From Octopus sinensis (Eukaryota): 64,000 nt of DNA. Made by a program: the position numbers and the translations under genes. This document shows, in pieces, positions 51,219-63,717 of this stretch; the first letter of the stretch is position 1; every line of letters starts with the position of its first letter. The DNA is taken from NCBI RefSeq assembly GCF_006345805.1, contig NC_042999.1, forward strand, positions 157,170,001 through 157,234,000. Direction: 5' to 3'. The notes beneath the pieces are model-generated. The model searched no databases. It was given only the letters and a program-made list of their open reading frames with translations, and was not told where the DNA came from.

Positions 51219-52089
51219 GTGAAAAACAAAAAAATTTTTTATATACAGCAGATGCAGTAGGCTGAAAGTGAATGATACTGTAACAGGGCGGATGTTAAGT
51301 GTCAGTAGTACAAGTAGCCATGGAAGAGGCATGCCAACCATTACACTCCATTCGGGTAATAACTTGCACTCCATCACAAAACCAACCTGACATCCAAATC
51401 TAAAATTCCACTACCTTCCTTCTGGTTAGTAGTTAGTGCTCGAAGAATGTCTGGGGAAAGAACCAAAAATAAAGAAGTGTGGAAGAACTGAAAATGTAAT
51501 CCTTTGTGAAAGCAGAGCTTGGCTTCTTGTCAGGTTCTTTTAGATATCTCAAAGGATCAAGATCCGGGCAGCCTCCTATCTTTTCCCCCTCTTGACTCTG
51601 AGTGTTTAATAAGGATTCGCTAATGTGGTGCTCTGATGTCGGTGACTATTTATGACACAGCCGTAGCTGCCAGGAGGGATTATTTCAGATGTCAGAAAAT
51701 ATTCTTGCAAATAATCCATTCATCAGGTTCAGAGAAAGATTGGAGCTATATCCTAGACATGCACTAAAATTGCTTACAAGTTAGTATATCAGAGATGTGT
51801 AAATCGTCTTAAATTCATTCAGATAATTTCAGCTGTCTCACAGATATTTAATATATTTCTTGATATGTCAATCTTCTATGATGATTCATTGTAACATGTC
51901 ATTTGAGTGGTTCATAGACAGGATATTCATTAAGTTAACTGATAATGATAGTGCGATGTGTAAAGTCAACCTAAACTAAATATAAGAAAATAAAGATAGA
52001 AAATATTCGATTACAAATGGTGTCACTGCCAATGCATTGTTCAAACTAAGATCTATGCTTTAAAACATAATGTACTACATACTAGAGAT

Positions 52090-52422
52090 GTGAAGGCGCA
52101 TGGCTCAGTAGTTAGAGTGCCGAGCTTACGATCATGAGGTTGTGAGTTTGATTCCCGGACCGGGCTGCATGTTGTGTTCTTGAGCAAGACACTTTATTTT
52201 ACGTTGCTCCAGTTAACTCAGCTGTAGAAATGAGTTGTGACATCACTGATGCTGAGCTGTATCGGACTTTGCCTTTCCCTTGGATAACACTGGTGGCATG
52301 GACAGGGTAGACCGGTATGCATGGGCGACTGCTGGTCTTCCATAAACCTTGCCCAGACTTGTGCCTTGGAGGGTAACTTTCTAGGTGCAATCCCATGGTC
52401 ATTCATGACTAAAGGGGGTTTC
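52090..52422 (+). mobile_element. SINE family C
   Basis: Matches 40130-40465. Confidence 0.85.
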
Positions 52423-52599
52423 AACATACTAGAGACATTTAAAAGGCTTGAATCTTTGACGTATCAATTCGGGTGCATGGTATGTGATTCTGAGATGTAT
52501 GGAACGATTCAAAGTAGATATATGTGATTCAAAGTAGATGCATACAGAACGTTCCTTTGATGCACCAACATATAATTTCTTCTCTTTCTATACATATAT

Positions 52600-52876
52600 A
52601 GGTGCAGGCATGATTATTTGATAATTAGTTTGCTTCCCAACTACATAGTTCTGGGTTCTGTCCCACTGTGTGACACCTTGGCCAAGTGTCTTCTGCTATA
52701 GCCTCTGGCTGACCAAAGGCAGACAGAAACTTAGCGGTTCGGCAAAAGAGACCGATAGAATAAGTACTGGGCTTACAAAGAATAAGTCCCGGGGTCGATT
52801 TGCTCGACTAAAGGCGGTGCTCCAGCATGGCCGCAGTCAAATGACTGAAACAAGTAAAAGAGTAAAGAGTAAAAGA
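52600..52876 (+). mobile_element. SINE family A, internally deleted
   Basis: Head joined to the 3' body. Confidence 0.8.
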
Positions 52877-53227
52877 GTAATAAAATTAAGCAAGTCGTTA
52901 ATGTTATAAAAGTGTGGATAGCATAATTAGATGGATTAGTCTGTTTGGAAACATACACACCAAGAAGTGAGAAATAGATTGAATCTATAAATTCACAATT
53001 AAGCTTAGAAGTTTTACATGTTGGTCATACTCTAAGAATGCCAACATTATTTTTGCTAAGTTCTAAAGGGTAAACTGAGTCTGGCAAATTGGACAATACA
53101 GAAACTCAACTGATGGTGAAGTGAGACACTTAAAGTGAGAAAGGAAATAATTATTAATGGTTTCTACCACATTTAAGATGTTAGAAATGTTTTGGGTGAC
53201 AATAATTGGCCAAGTGGAAGCATATAG

Positions 53228-53607
53228 GAGCACTCCGTCAGTTGCGACGATGAGGGTCCCAGCTGATACGATCAACCAAACAGCTTGCTCGTGATATTAA
53301 CGTGCAAGTGGCTGAGCACTCCACAGACACATGTACCCTTAACGTAGTTCTCGAGGATATTCAGCGTGACACAGATTGTGACAAGGCTGGCCCTTTGAAA
53401 TACAGGTACAAGAGAAACAGGAAGAAAGAGCGAGAGAAAGTTGTGGTGAAGGAGTACAGCAGGGTTCACCACCATCCCCTGCTGGAGCCTCGTGGAGCTT
53501 TAGGTGTTTTCGCTCAATAAACACTCACAATGCCCGGTCTAGGAATCGAAACCGCGATCCTCCGACCGCGAGTCCGCTGCCCTAACCACTGGGCCATTGC
53601 GCCTCCA
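53228..53607 (-). mobile_element. SINE family B
   Basis: Full-length copy. Confidence 0.9.
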
Positions 53608-53782
53608 ATTGGCCAAGACAGACTTTGACAATTCTATTTTTGTTACAGCTGGGAGAAAAGGACATTTTTTCCATTGACTGCAGAGAGTGAAATATTGATT
53701 AAAGATGTCTAAAGTACCTTGTTTTCATATAATGGGGGAAAACACTTTCAAAATCAATCACCGTGTTGATGGGCTTTCCTAT

Positions 53783-53996
53783 TCTCTTTACTCTTTTACT
53801 TGTTTCAGTCATTTGACTGTGGCCATGCTGGAGCACTGCCTTTAGTCGAGCAAATCGACCCCGGGACTTATTCTTTGTAAGCCCAGTACTTATTCTATCG
53901 GTCTCTTTTACCGAACCGCTAAGTGACGGGGACGTAAACACACCAGCATCGGTTGTCAAGTAATGCTAGGGGGACAAACACAGACACACAAACATT

Positions 53997-54046
<50 letters not shown>

Positions 54047-54212
54047 TACGACGGGCTTCTTTCAGTTTCCGTCAACCAAATCCACTCACAAGGCTTTGGT
54101 CGGCCCAAGGCTATAGTAGAAGACACTTGCCCAAGGTACCACGCAGTGGGACTGAGCCCGGAACCATGTGGTTGGTTAGCAAGCTACTTACCACACAGCC
54201 ACTCCTGCGCCT
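53783..54212 (-). mobile_element. SINE family A
   Basis: Full-length copy. Confidence 0.9.
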
Positions 54213-54285
54213 ATTAATGACTTTTAAGATGAGAACTTGATATCAAGACCTGAATGTTAATGAAAATCTATGAACTCAAACTTAC

Positions 54286-54405
54286 TCTTTTCGGTAGAAC
54301 ATCATACTCATTTCTGGGATAATTTTCAGTGGGTTCCTCAATTTTGACATCGGTCATAGGACTTGTAGCCCGGACTTGACGCTCAGCGGAAAACGGCTGG
54401 ATTCT
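54286..54405 (-). CDS. Gene B penultimate exon (RIQPFSAERQVRATSPMTDVKIEEPTENYPRNEYDVLPKR)
   Basis: Pyrimidine tract plus cag acceptor and a consensus gtaagt donor; 120 nt, phase 0/0, joins in frame to 48759. Confidence 0.7.
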
Positions 54406-54559
54406 CTGATCACGAGACGAGAAAAGAATTGACAGATTAAAAAAAACTTCCATTTTATGTGTTTACAATTTAAAATACCATACATAATGAATATACATAT
54501 GAATACACACAAATAAGTGTGTATACACAAATATATACATACGAACTAACAAAAGAGTC

Positions 54560-55570
54560 TTCATAAGTAAAGTGAGTAACATTGTAAAGTGAGTAACATT
54601 GTACAAGTTGGCAGTGAACTCCTCAAGAAACACTCTCTTCCTGAGGATCTCCTATACAGCCCCAAAACAGCTGGGCTCTCTTACCTCAGAGAAGACCTGG
54701 ATGGAAAGCACTCAGCATACGAAAAAAAAATGACTATGCATGGGTATGTTGTTCAGAAGCTTAAAGGAGACAGTACAGTTGACATGGAGCGCAGCCTCTC
54801 TTGGACACAAAACCACTACATCGCATTAGACTTTGAATCCAGGAACAGGAGATTTCCACAAAGTACCCAGTGAACAAGAGAGACAGTGACGCTCTTGTAA
54901 TCCCAAGGTGCAACTGCATGTGTAGGCTATGTCATGTTTCTGTTGAAGACATCATGCATGTGATTAGCAGCTGTCCTAAAATGTTGTCACGGTACTACCT
55001 CCCTATGCGGCACGATGCTGTTGCTAAAACAATTTACAATGTCATCTGCAAAAAAGACTGTCCTGAAATAAACTTAGAAAATCTCTCTGTTATGGAATAC
55101 ATTCAGAAACACCAACTCAAGGAATACTGGTGGAATATTCCTACAAAAACTTCTGTCACATGTAAGCATAAAGATATTGTTGTTTGGGACAGAGGGGCAA
55201 AGGTGTGTACCATCATAGAGCACAGCTGCCCTGCAGATATAAAAATCAAATAAAAAGGGTATATCTATGGACAACTGCTTCGAAACCTCCAGCTTCTATA
55301 TTCAAACTATAAATTCATATATTCATACCAATAATAATTGGGGCACTAGGTTTTGTTAGTAAATGCTTAAAGGAGAATCTGGATAAACTGGGATTTTCAG
55401 AAAGAGATATTGACCAGCTGATTCATACATTACAACGGCAATTTGTGAGTGGGACAGTAAAAATATGCAAAACTTTTCTCAAGTTCCAAATGTGAATTTG
55501 TCTGTGTTAACTACATCCCAAAGATGGAGCCTTGTATCTTTGTTGGAAACCAGCTCCCCGCTCAGTGGAA
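54560..55570 (+). mobile_element. R4/Dong-like RLE non-LTR retrotransposon 3' fragment
   Basis: CRLC...EDIMHVISSC...RHDAVA zinc knuckle; DIVVWD restriction-like endonuclease; IPIIIGALG. Confidence 0.85.
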
Positions 55571-55603
55571 CATTTATAATAATTAAAAAGGCATACATAC
55601 ATA

Positions 55604-55649
<46 letters not shown>

Positions 55650-55681
55650 TTAAAAAAGGAGATGTGGAACACGAGTTGTGA

Positions 55682-56067
55682 TATATAAAAAAGGAAATGA
55701 AGAAAATGCTGACAAAATAATTTAAGTAATTTAAGTAATTTAATTCGGTGAAAGTTCTTTTTACCGGTTGCGCATTTGTTATGCTTATCAAAAGATATTT
55801 TTTTAAGAGAGATAGAGTTACTTTCTGATAGATTTTTTCCTCTTATCTGACTTTATGTTGGGTTTGCTGTCTCATATAAGAGACAGCAAACCCAACATAA
55901 AGTCAGATAAGAGGAAAAAATCTATCAGAAAGTAACTCTATCTCTCTTAAAAAAACATCTTTTGATAAGCATAACAAATGCGCAACTGGTAAGAAGAACT
56001 TTCACCTAATTAAATTACTTAAATTACTTAAATTACTTAAATTATTTTGTCAGCATTTTCTTCATTT

Positions 56068-56080
<13 letters not shown>
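55682..56080. repeat. Near-perfect ~400-bp palindrome, same family as 21847-22179
   Basis: Centre gtctc-atataa-gagac; flanked by (TA)n. Confidence 0.9.
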
Positions 56081-56102
<22 letters not shown>

Positions 56103-56105
<3 letters not shown>

Positions 56106-56276
56106 TCATCATCATTTAGCGTCCGTTTTCCATGCTAGCATGGGTTGGACGGTTTAACTGGGGTCTGTGAAGCCAGAAGGCTTCATCAGGCCCAGTCAGA
56201 TTTGGCAGTGTTTCTATGGCTGGATGCCCTTCCTAATGCCAACCACTCCGTGAGTGTAGTGGGTGCTTTTTACGTG
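56103..56276 (-). mobile_element. Family E retroposon
   Basis: Same motifs. Confidence 0.85.
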
Positions 56277-56294
56277 ATATATATATATCCTTTA

Positions 56295-57306
56295 ATTCTT
56301 TTACTTGTTTCAGTCATTTTGACTGTGGCCATGCTGGAACACTGCTTTTTAGTCAAGCAAATTGACCTTTAGACTTATTCTTTGTAAGCCTGATACTTAT
56401 TCTATCAGTCTCTTTTGCAGAACTGCTAAGTTATGGGAATATAAACACACCAAGATAGGTTGTCAAATGATGGAGTGAAGCAATGGTGGCATGACAAACA
56501 CAGACACAAACACATACATACATACATACATACATACATACATACATACCTACATACATACATACCATACATACATACATACATACATACATACATACAT
56601 ACATACATACATACATACATACATACATACATAACATACATACATACATACCTACATACATACATACATACATCATACATACTACATACATACATCATAC
56701 AATACATACATACATACATACATACATACATAATACATACATACATACATACTACATAATACATACATACATACATACATACATACATACACATACATAC
56801 ATACATACATACATACATACATACATACATACATACATACATACATACATACATACATACATACATACATACATACATACATACATACATACATACATAC
56901 ATACATACATACATACATACATACATACATACATACATACATCATACATACATACATACAATACATACATACATACATACATATACATACATACATACAT
57001 ACATACACATACATACATACATACATACATACATACATACATACATACATACCTACATACATACATACATACATACATACATACATACATACATACATAC
57101 ATACATACATACATACATACATACATACATACATACATACATACATACATACAACAGGCCTCTTTCAGTTTCTGTCTACCAAATCCACCCACAAGGCTTT
57201 CATTGACCCGAGAGAAGATACTTGCCCAAGATGCCATGCAGTGGAACTGAACCCTGAACCATGAGGTTGGGAAGCAAGCTTCTTACCAAAAGTCATGCCT
57301 GCACCT
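56295..57306 (-). mobile_element. SINE family A with an expanded internal (TACA)n
   Basis: SINE tail and head flank a ~640-bp microsatellite. Confidence 0.8.
56510..57152. repeat. (TACA)n microsatellite
   Basis: Direct reading. Confidence 0.95.
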
Positions 57307-57322
57307 ATGTATATATATGTAT

Positions 57323-57445
<123 letters not shown>

Positions 57446-57618
57446 CACAAATTGAGATAGGGGTTGTAAATGCAACCCACCATGGGATACCATATATCCA
57501 ATATACTGCTAGTGAGGTACCCAACAAAGTTAATACATAAATGTTAAGAATTGCGATACAATTAATTCATTTATTGTATTATATGGGCAGAGGTAAAATG
57601 TTTTACCACAAATTCATA

Positions 57619-58034
57619 ATACAAAATAAGAAAATGGAGAAATACATCGAAATCAAATATCAATTACCAGATAATACTCAATCACATACTTTATTAAACC
57701 ACTACATAAGAAACTATAAGGTTAAACATAATAATGCAGGGTAAAACAGTGTACATAAAATAGTAATGTTATACAATAAGTAGAATACGCATAATAGAAC
57801 ATAGATATAGACTATATCTATATTTATGTGTACTTATATTTATTTTCTCTTATACATATTCTACTTATTGTATAACATTACTATTTTATGTACACTCCTT
57901 CATGTATACTGTTTTACCCTGCATTATTATGTTTAACCTTATAGTTTCTTATGTAGTGGTTTAATAAAGTATGTGATTGAGTATTATCTGGTAATTGATA
58001 TTTGATTTCGATGTATTTCTTCATTTTCTTATTT

Positions 58035-58039
<5 letters not shown>
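57619..58039. repeat. Imperfect ~420-bp palindrome
   Basis: Outer arms ~130 bp plus inner arms; related sequence at 2350-2660. Confidence 0.85.
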
Positions 58040-58072
<33 letters not shown>

Positions 58073-58076
<4 letters not shown>

Positions 58077-60971
58077 AAAATGTGTTGTTGAAAATGCACT
58101 TAAATTTCAAAAGCTCGTAAATTTTTTAATACATTTATTTACATATATACCAAACTAGTTTCAACGATATTTTTTGTTTATCAATGATACAAGTGTAAAA
58201 TTAGAAAAACATCATTATAAGTTTCAATGTTGACAAATCAAAATGTTTCAATGTTGCCAAACTGAAATGCTTCAATGTTGTTAAATAAAAATGTTTCATT
58301 GTTGATAAATTATCGTGTTCAAAACAGAAGGTGTAAGTTTGAAATTAAAACTGTATATTAATTTGTTAGAATATACAAGGTTCATTAATTTCAGTCATAC
58401 TGAAAAAAACAAGTGTGAGAATTAAAATAGTAAAAAAAGGGGAAATTACAATTTCTCAGATCTTTAAACAGTCGCTTCCGCTTGCAATGGAATGTTTTAG
58501 GGAAAGATGTATTCATAAATTTTTTTCTGTGAGCGGATCTGATTTTGATTCGCTAAAAAAATTTATGACATTTTTCTTCTGTGGTCCAGCTTATCGTTCT
58601 GCTTGGTTGGTTTCCTTGCAGGATATGGTTAGAAGTCGTTCCGGTTGGTTGGTTTTCTTACAGGGTCTTTTCCTTGTATTCATTGAAGTTCAGTTTTGAT
58701 TGGTTTGGAATTATGTGACATCAACAACTGGTGTTTGGACTGGAGGTGGGTGACGTCAGCATCTTGTGTATGCGTGGTGATTTGGAGCTGCGGTTTCGAA
58801 ACCCGGGTGGAAGATTGTTACTAGAATTTTATTGTTTTTTTGTGTTGAAATTGGGTGTTTTTCTCCTCTTTTTACTGCTTTTTCTTCTTTCTAAAGGATA
58901 TTTAGATGTGGTTTATATTTTTTAATCAGTATGTTTTCCTTATTTAAATGGAATTGGGTTGAAGTGTTTCCAGTGCATTGATAGAGAGGGAAGATTTGGT
59001 AACTAGGTTTTTTGACTAACAGAAATTTTCCTAGTAGAGGGGTCCCAGATTTGTTGTCTGTGTACTGTAAGTCTATCCCTCAAAATTAAGCTTGTTTGAC
59101 CAATGTAATCTCCACCACAACCTCCACATTTAAGAACATAGATTAAGTTCTTCGAAGCACAGGTGAAGTCACGAAGTTAGGCCTGACTTAAATTTGTATG
59201 TTGAGCCCTCTAAGAGAAAGGTGCAAGATCCACAATTAGAGCGGTTGCATTTTTTGACTTGTGGGTTTGTATTTTTGGTGGGTAACTCTTTTAGAGATTG
59301 TGGTTGTCTCTTGCTTTTAATAATCCTACGTGTTTCTAGTGCCTTTTTCATTCGTGGGGCCTTCATAAGGATGGGTATGTTTTGGTGGATGATGTTGTAT
59401 GCTTCCTGGTTTCTTGGATTGTGTGTTGATACGTAAGATAGAGTTTTAAGTGTGTTGTGGTGTTTTCTTGTTTTACGTTACTCTTGGATGTTTATCATTT
59501 TTGCACGTTCTATTTCGTTTTTGATTAGACTGACCAGGTATTTTCTATCTAATGAGGTTTTAAGTTTTTGCAGTCACTTTTCTCAGGTTTCGGGATTTGA
59601 TGCAATCGTGCAAATTCTTCTCATTAAGTTGAACGGTATATTTATTTTAGTATGTTTTAGGTGGCATGAGGAGAATAGACGATATTGTTTTGAGTCTGTT
59701 GGTTTGAAGAAGATGTTGGTTTCAATCTCAGTATCTCTCTTTATTATTAAGATGTCCAGGAAGGGTAGTTGTTGGTGGTTGTATTCCATAGTGAATTGGA
59801 TACTGTGGTTAATGCTGTTGATTAAGTTTCTAAATTCTGTGAGTTGTTCAAGGTTATGTGGCCAAAGGATGAAACAGTCATTCAGGTAGCGTTTCCAGTT
59901 GGTAAGTAGGTATTTTTGGAAATTTTCCCCAAATTTTAATCTTGCATGTTCATATATTTGGACTTCCAAGTATGCGATGACAAGGTTGGCAAAAGTAGGC
60001 GCTACCTTCATTCCCATCGCTGTGCCCGATTTTTGTCTATAAGTGTTTCATTGAAATTGAAGAAGTTGTTCTGTAGAATGAACCTTATTCCTTCAACGTT
60101 GAATTCTTTTCTGATTCTGTCAGGAATGTCATTTGGGAATTTTTCCAGCCAGTATTGTATAGTTATTATTCCGTATTCACGAGGAATCAAGGTGTAGAGG
60201 TTTATTACATCAAATGAAACCAGGAGGATGTCTTTGCTGGTTTTGTTTCGGAGATGGTTTAAAAAGTCCAGATCATCCCATATAAAGCTCAGTATATGTT
60301 GGAGAATAGGTTTGAGGAGAACGTCAATAAAATTACAGAGTCTGTGTGTTGCACAAGAGGGACCGGCCGCAATTGGTCTCATTTTGAGATCTCTCGGGTG
60401 TGAAATATTTATGACTATAGGGGTTGACTTGTTACAGGCTTCATTTATGGCCTCACTTTTGTGGATTTTGGGAAGTCCATAGAAGTTACTGGTTTAGCAG
60501 TCAAATATAGTCAATGAATCAAAATCAGATCCGCTCACAGAAAAAAATTTATGAATACATCTTTCCCTAAAACATTCCATTGCAAGCGGAAGCGACTGTT
60601 TAAAGATCTGAGAAATTGTAATTTCCCCTTTTTTTACTATTTTAATTCTCACACTTGTTTTTTTCAGTATGACTGAAATTAATGAACCTTGTATATTCTA
60701 ACAAATTAATATACAGTTTTAATTTCAAACTTACACCTTCTGTTTTGAACACGATAATTTATCAACAATGAAACATTTTTATTTAACAACATTGAAGCAT
60801 TTCAGTTTGTCAACATTGAAACTTATAATGATGTTTTTCTAGTTTTACACTTTTACCATTGATAAACAAAAAATATTGTTGAAACTAGTTTGGTATATAT
60901 GTAAATAAATGTATTTTAAAAATTTACGTGCTTTTGAAATTTAAGTGCATTTTCAACAACACATTTTCCTA
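58073..60971 (-). mobile_element. 5'-truncated Penelope-like element with inverted pseudo-LTRs
   Basis: RT motifs (GMKVAPTFANL, RYLNDCFILW, LPFLDILI) and GIY-YIG (NLIYVLKC...YIGQT) at ~59050-59160; ~470-bp inverted repeats 58073-58551 and 60516-60971. Confidence 0.92.
60854..60895 (+). ncRNA. Minimal type I hammerhead-like motif (U3-A8 variant) in a PLE pLTR
   Basis: tacca TTGATAA acaa-aaaata-ttgt t GAAA ctag TT tggta; second copy at 58148-58189 (-). Confidence 0.55.
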
Positions 60972-61264
60972 TATTTTTTCCTGTGTGGAAACACCACTCT
61001 CTCTTTTGCTAGAGACACCAGCCAGTCTCCACTTTCAACTCCACCAGATGCATGCTCATATCATTGCTGTCTACAATATCGACAGTCCAGCCAAACTGTG
61101 AAGTTCTATTACATCTGTTGTATTATGCTAATTCATGCATGCCAATCATTGTATTTTATAACGGAGAATAGAACGTCGCTTACCAGTTCATTCCATCTCA
61201 AGTTGCATATATCTCATTCCAACATTTATTCTCATTAAACATCATCATTATAATAGTAAACAGG

Positions 61265-61284
61265 ATTATTATTATTTATTATTA

Positions 61285-61345
<61 letters not shown>

Positions 61346-61366
61346 CCTTATTATTATTATTATTAT
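61265..61366. repeat. (ATT)n microsatellite
   Basis: Direct reading. Confidence 0.95.
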
Positions 61367-61669
61367 TCTATGTTTGACTTTTGCTTTATATTTGTACAAG
61401 TTGGCTCCAAGTCTCACCCAGAGACCTCAAGAGACAACAGGGTTGGAAGTTCATGTTGTTGTTATGCCTAGTGAGTGTGCCATATATTTGGGGGGTGGGG
61501 TGTTGTACTAATGAATGTCTAAAAAAAGTTGGTTTTTTTTTTTGGTTTTTTTAAACCGAAAATTATGTTTGTTTTAAACCTTGAGATTACATAGAAAGTA
61601 TTTTGCGTAGGATATGAGCAGTTCCCATGAGCACGATCTTTTGAATTTCTGCCATTTTTGGGTTTCCTG

Positions 61670-61689
61670 GTATCTGAGTTATTATTATA

Positions 61690-61727
<38 letters not shown>

Positions 61728-63700
61728 TCAGTAGTCTTACTTTTATCATGTGCTTTCACTGCACTACCGAGCGCAGCTCGTGTGCCTTGGGTATGTGTTT
61801 TATTGTGATGCTCTCATTTTTATTGTATTGAAAGTGTTTTATGTAGGATGAGTGCAGTGCCTAGTAATGCTATTTTTTGTATGTTATATATACTTGTCAG
61901 TCCTGGTGCTTTTGTTATGTATTTGTCTGAATATTTTTTTTTATCATACTTAATGCACCCACTGTGATAGGAATTGTTTCTGTTTCTACACTCCACATTA
62001 GAGAAACAGATTTCTAGATCTTTGTATCTTGAAAGTTTCTCCCTATAGCCTTGTTAAGCTAAGCGCAAACAAACTAGTGGAGATAAGAATACATTTATCA
62101 AAGATTTATTACTTTATGTAATCAGGACTTAAATCGCCAGTTATTTCTGTTTAGTTCATTTAGATTCGTTTCACACTCATTGTTGACATCCTTTTGTTCT
62201 TCTTCTCCCACCAGAAGTCCCTTTTGCTGCCGACCAACTCCCTAGCTAGCGCGCAGCAAAGTTCCTGTCTACAGTACATCTGTCCTGAATCCTGCCCTAC
62301 ATAGCTCCCTACCCCAGAACTGTTGACTGTCATTGGAAAAGGGAAGGCGTTTTAATTGTCCTACCCATATGTGTGGTTACTCAATTCTTTGGTGACTGTT
62401 CCTTGTCAAGGGTTGGTGTGATCTGCCTAGGGCGGCCCCTATTTGGTGGCTGGGCTACCTGAACAGGGCTGTCAATATAAATGTTTGTCAGCTGCCTTCA
62501 CTAATTGCTGCAGGTCCTTGATTTCAGTCTGAGTTATGAGGGCCTGGACCTGGGGTGGCAGCTTATAGAGGAATATTTCCGTAAATAAAAAGGAAGGGGA
62601 GGAGGGGACCTAATGCCAACATCTTGTCCATCAGTTCAGAAGTCATAGAATCGCCTAATTCCTTCTCCAGTATCTTGACTGCTGCTCCTCTTTCACTGCG
62701 TCAGAATGTATCCACTAGCCTGTTTTTCAATATGGTGTATTTGTGCATTGGTGGAGGTCGGGTTAAAATGTCCAGCACCCTCAATGCAATATCTTCATCT
62801 AGTGCCATTACATCGTAAAAATATTTTGTTTGGGCAGCCGTTACCTTGTTTATATTGATTTGGGCTTTCGCTTGCGCGAAACATAGTTCAGCCCTCTTAG
62901 GCCAGAACTGTGGTAGCCTCAGTGTTGTTTTGTCGCTTGCTATGTTTGTTTCGATAGCGAGTGATGTTGTTCTATCGTCGGGGGTCACCAGTTATAGCTT
63001 TGTTAAGCTATACACAAACAAACTAGGGGAGATGAGAATACATTTATCAAAGGTTTATTATTTTACATAATCAGGACTTAAGTCTCCAGTTATTTCTGTT
63101 TAGTTCATTCAGATTCACTTAGCACTCACTGCTGACATTCTTTTGTTCTTCTCCCACCAGAAGTCCTTTTCACTGCTGACCAACTTTCTAGCTAGCGCGC
63201 AGCAAAGTTCCTGTTTACAGTTCGTCTGTCATGAATCCTGTCCTACATCCATTTCTTTTAGAGAAATATTGTCATCTGTTGGTTTTGATACATCGATTAG
63301 AAAGCATTTTTTCTTGGTGATCTCTAACAACTATATCCGACCTATTAGCCTTGATTTCTCTATCTGTGTGTATTGGCATATCCCAAGTATAGTTGCTTTC
63401 TCATTTTCTGTGGCATTTTCTGGTGTGTGCCTTTACCACCTTTTTTCTGTTGTTCTTCCATAGTGTTGGCATAGATTCCAGTGTATATATTCCTTCCCAG
63501 CCAGGATTGGGCAGCCAGAGACAATATGATTTATTGTTTCTTCTCCATCACCACATATTCTGCAGTTACTTATATTTCTTTTCATTACATGTTTTTGGTA
63601 ATTTCTGGTGGGGAAGCTTTGGTCTTGTGCTGCAATTAAAAATCCTTCAGTCTCTGCTTTGAGTCCCAAGCTTCTCAGCCATTGTTGGGATTTTGCTTTG
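61670..63700 (-). mobile_element. R4/Dong-like RLE LINE 3' fragment with (TAA)n tail, interrupted by an LTR element
   Basis: LKAETEGFLIAAQDQ...CRICG...ETINHIVSGC; KANRPDIVV; IQKIALLGTAHIL; (att)n tract near 61680-61725. Confidence 0.88.
62044..63247 (-). mobile_element. Internally deleted gypsy-type LTR element (~1.2 kb)
   Basis: ~255-bp direct repeats starting TGTAGG; PBS tggtgacccccg; PPT ggggtagggag; gag LPQFWPKRAELCFAQA joined to an integrase tail. Confidence 0.88.
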
Positions 63701-63717
63701 TCTATTTCTTTTCTGTT

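Noticed and set aside
51780-51970. Possible minus-strand exon of gene B (strong pyrimidine tract, gtaagc donor)
   Set aside because: Stop codons in all three frames.
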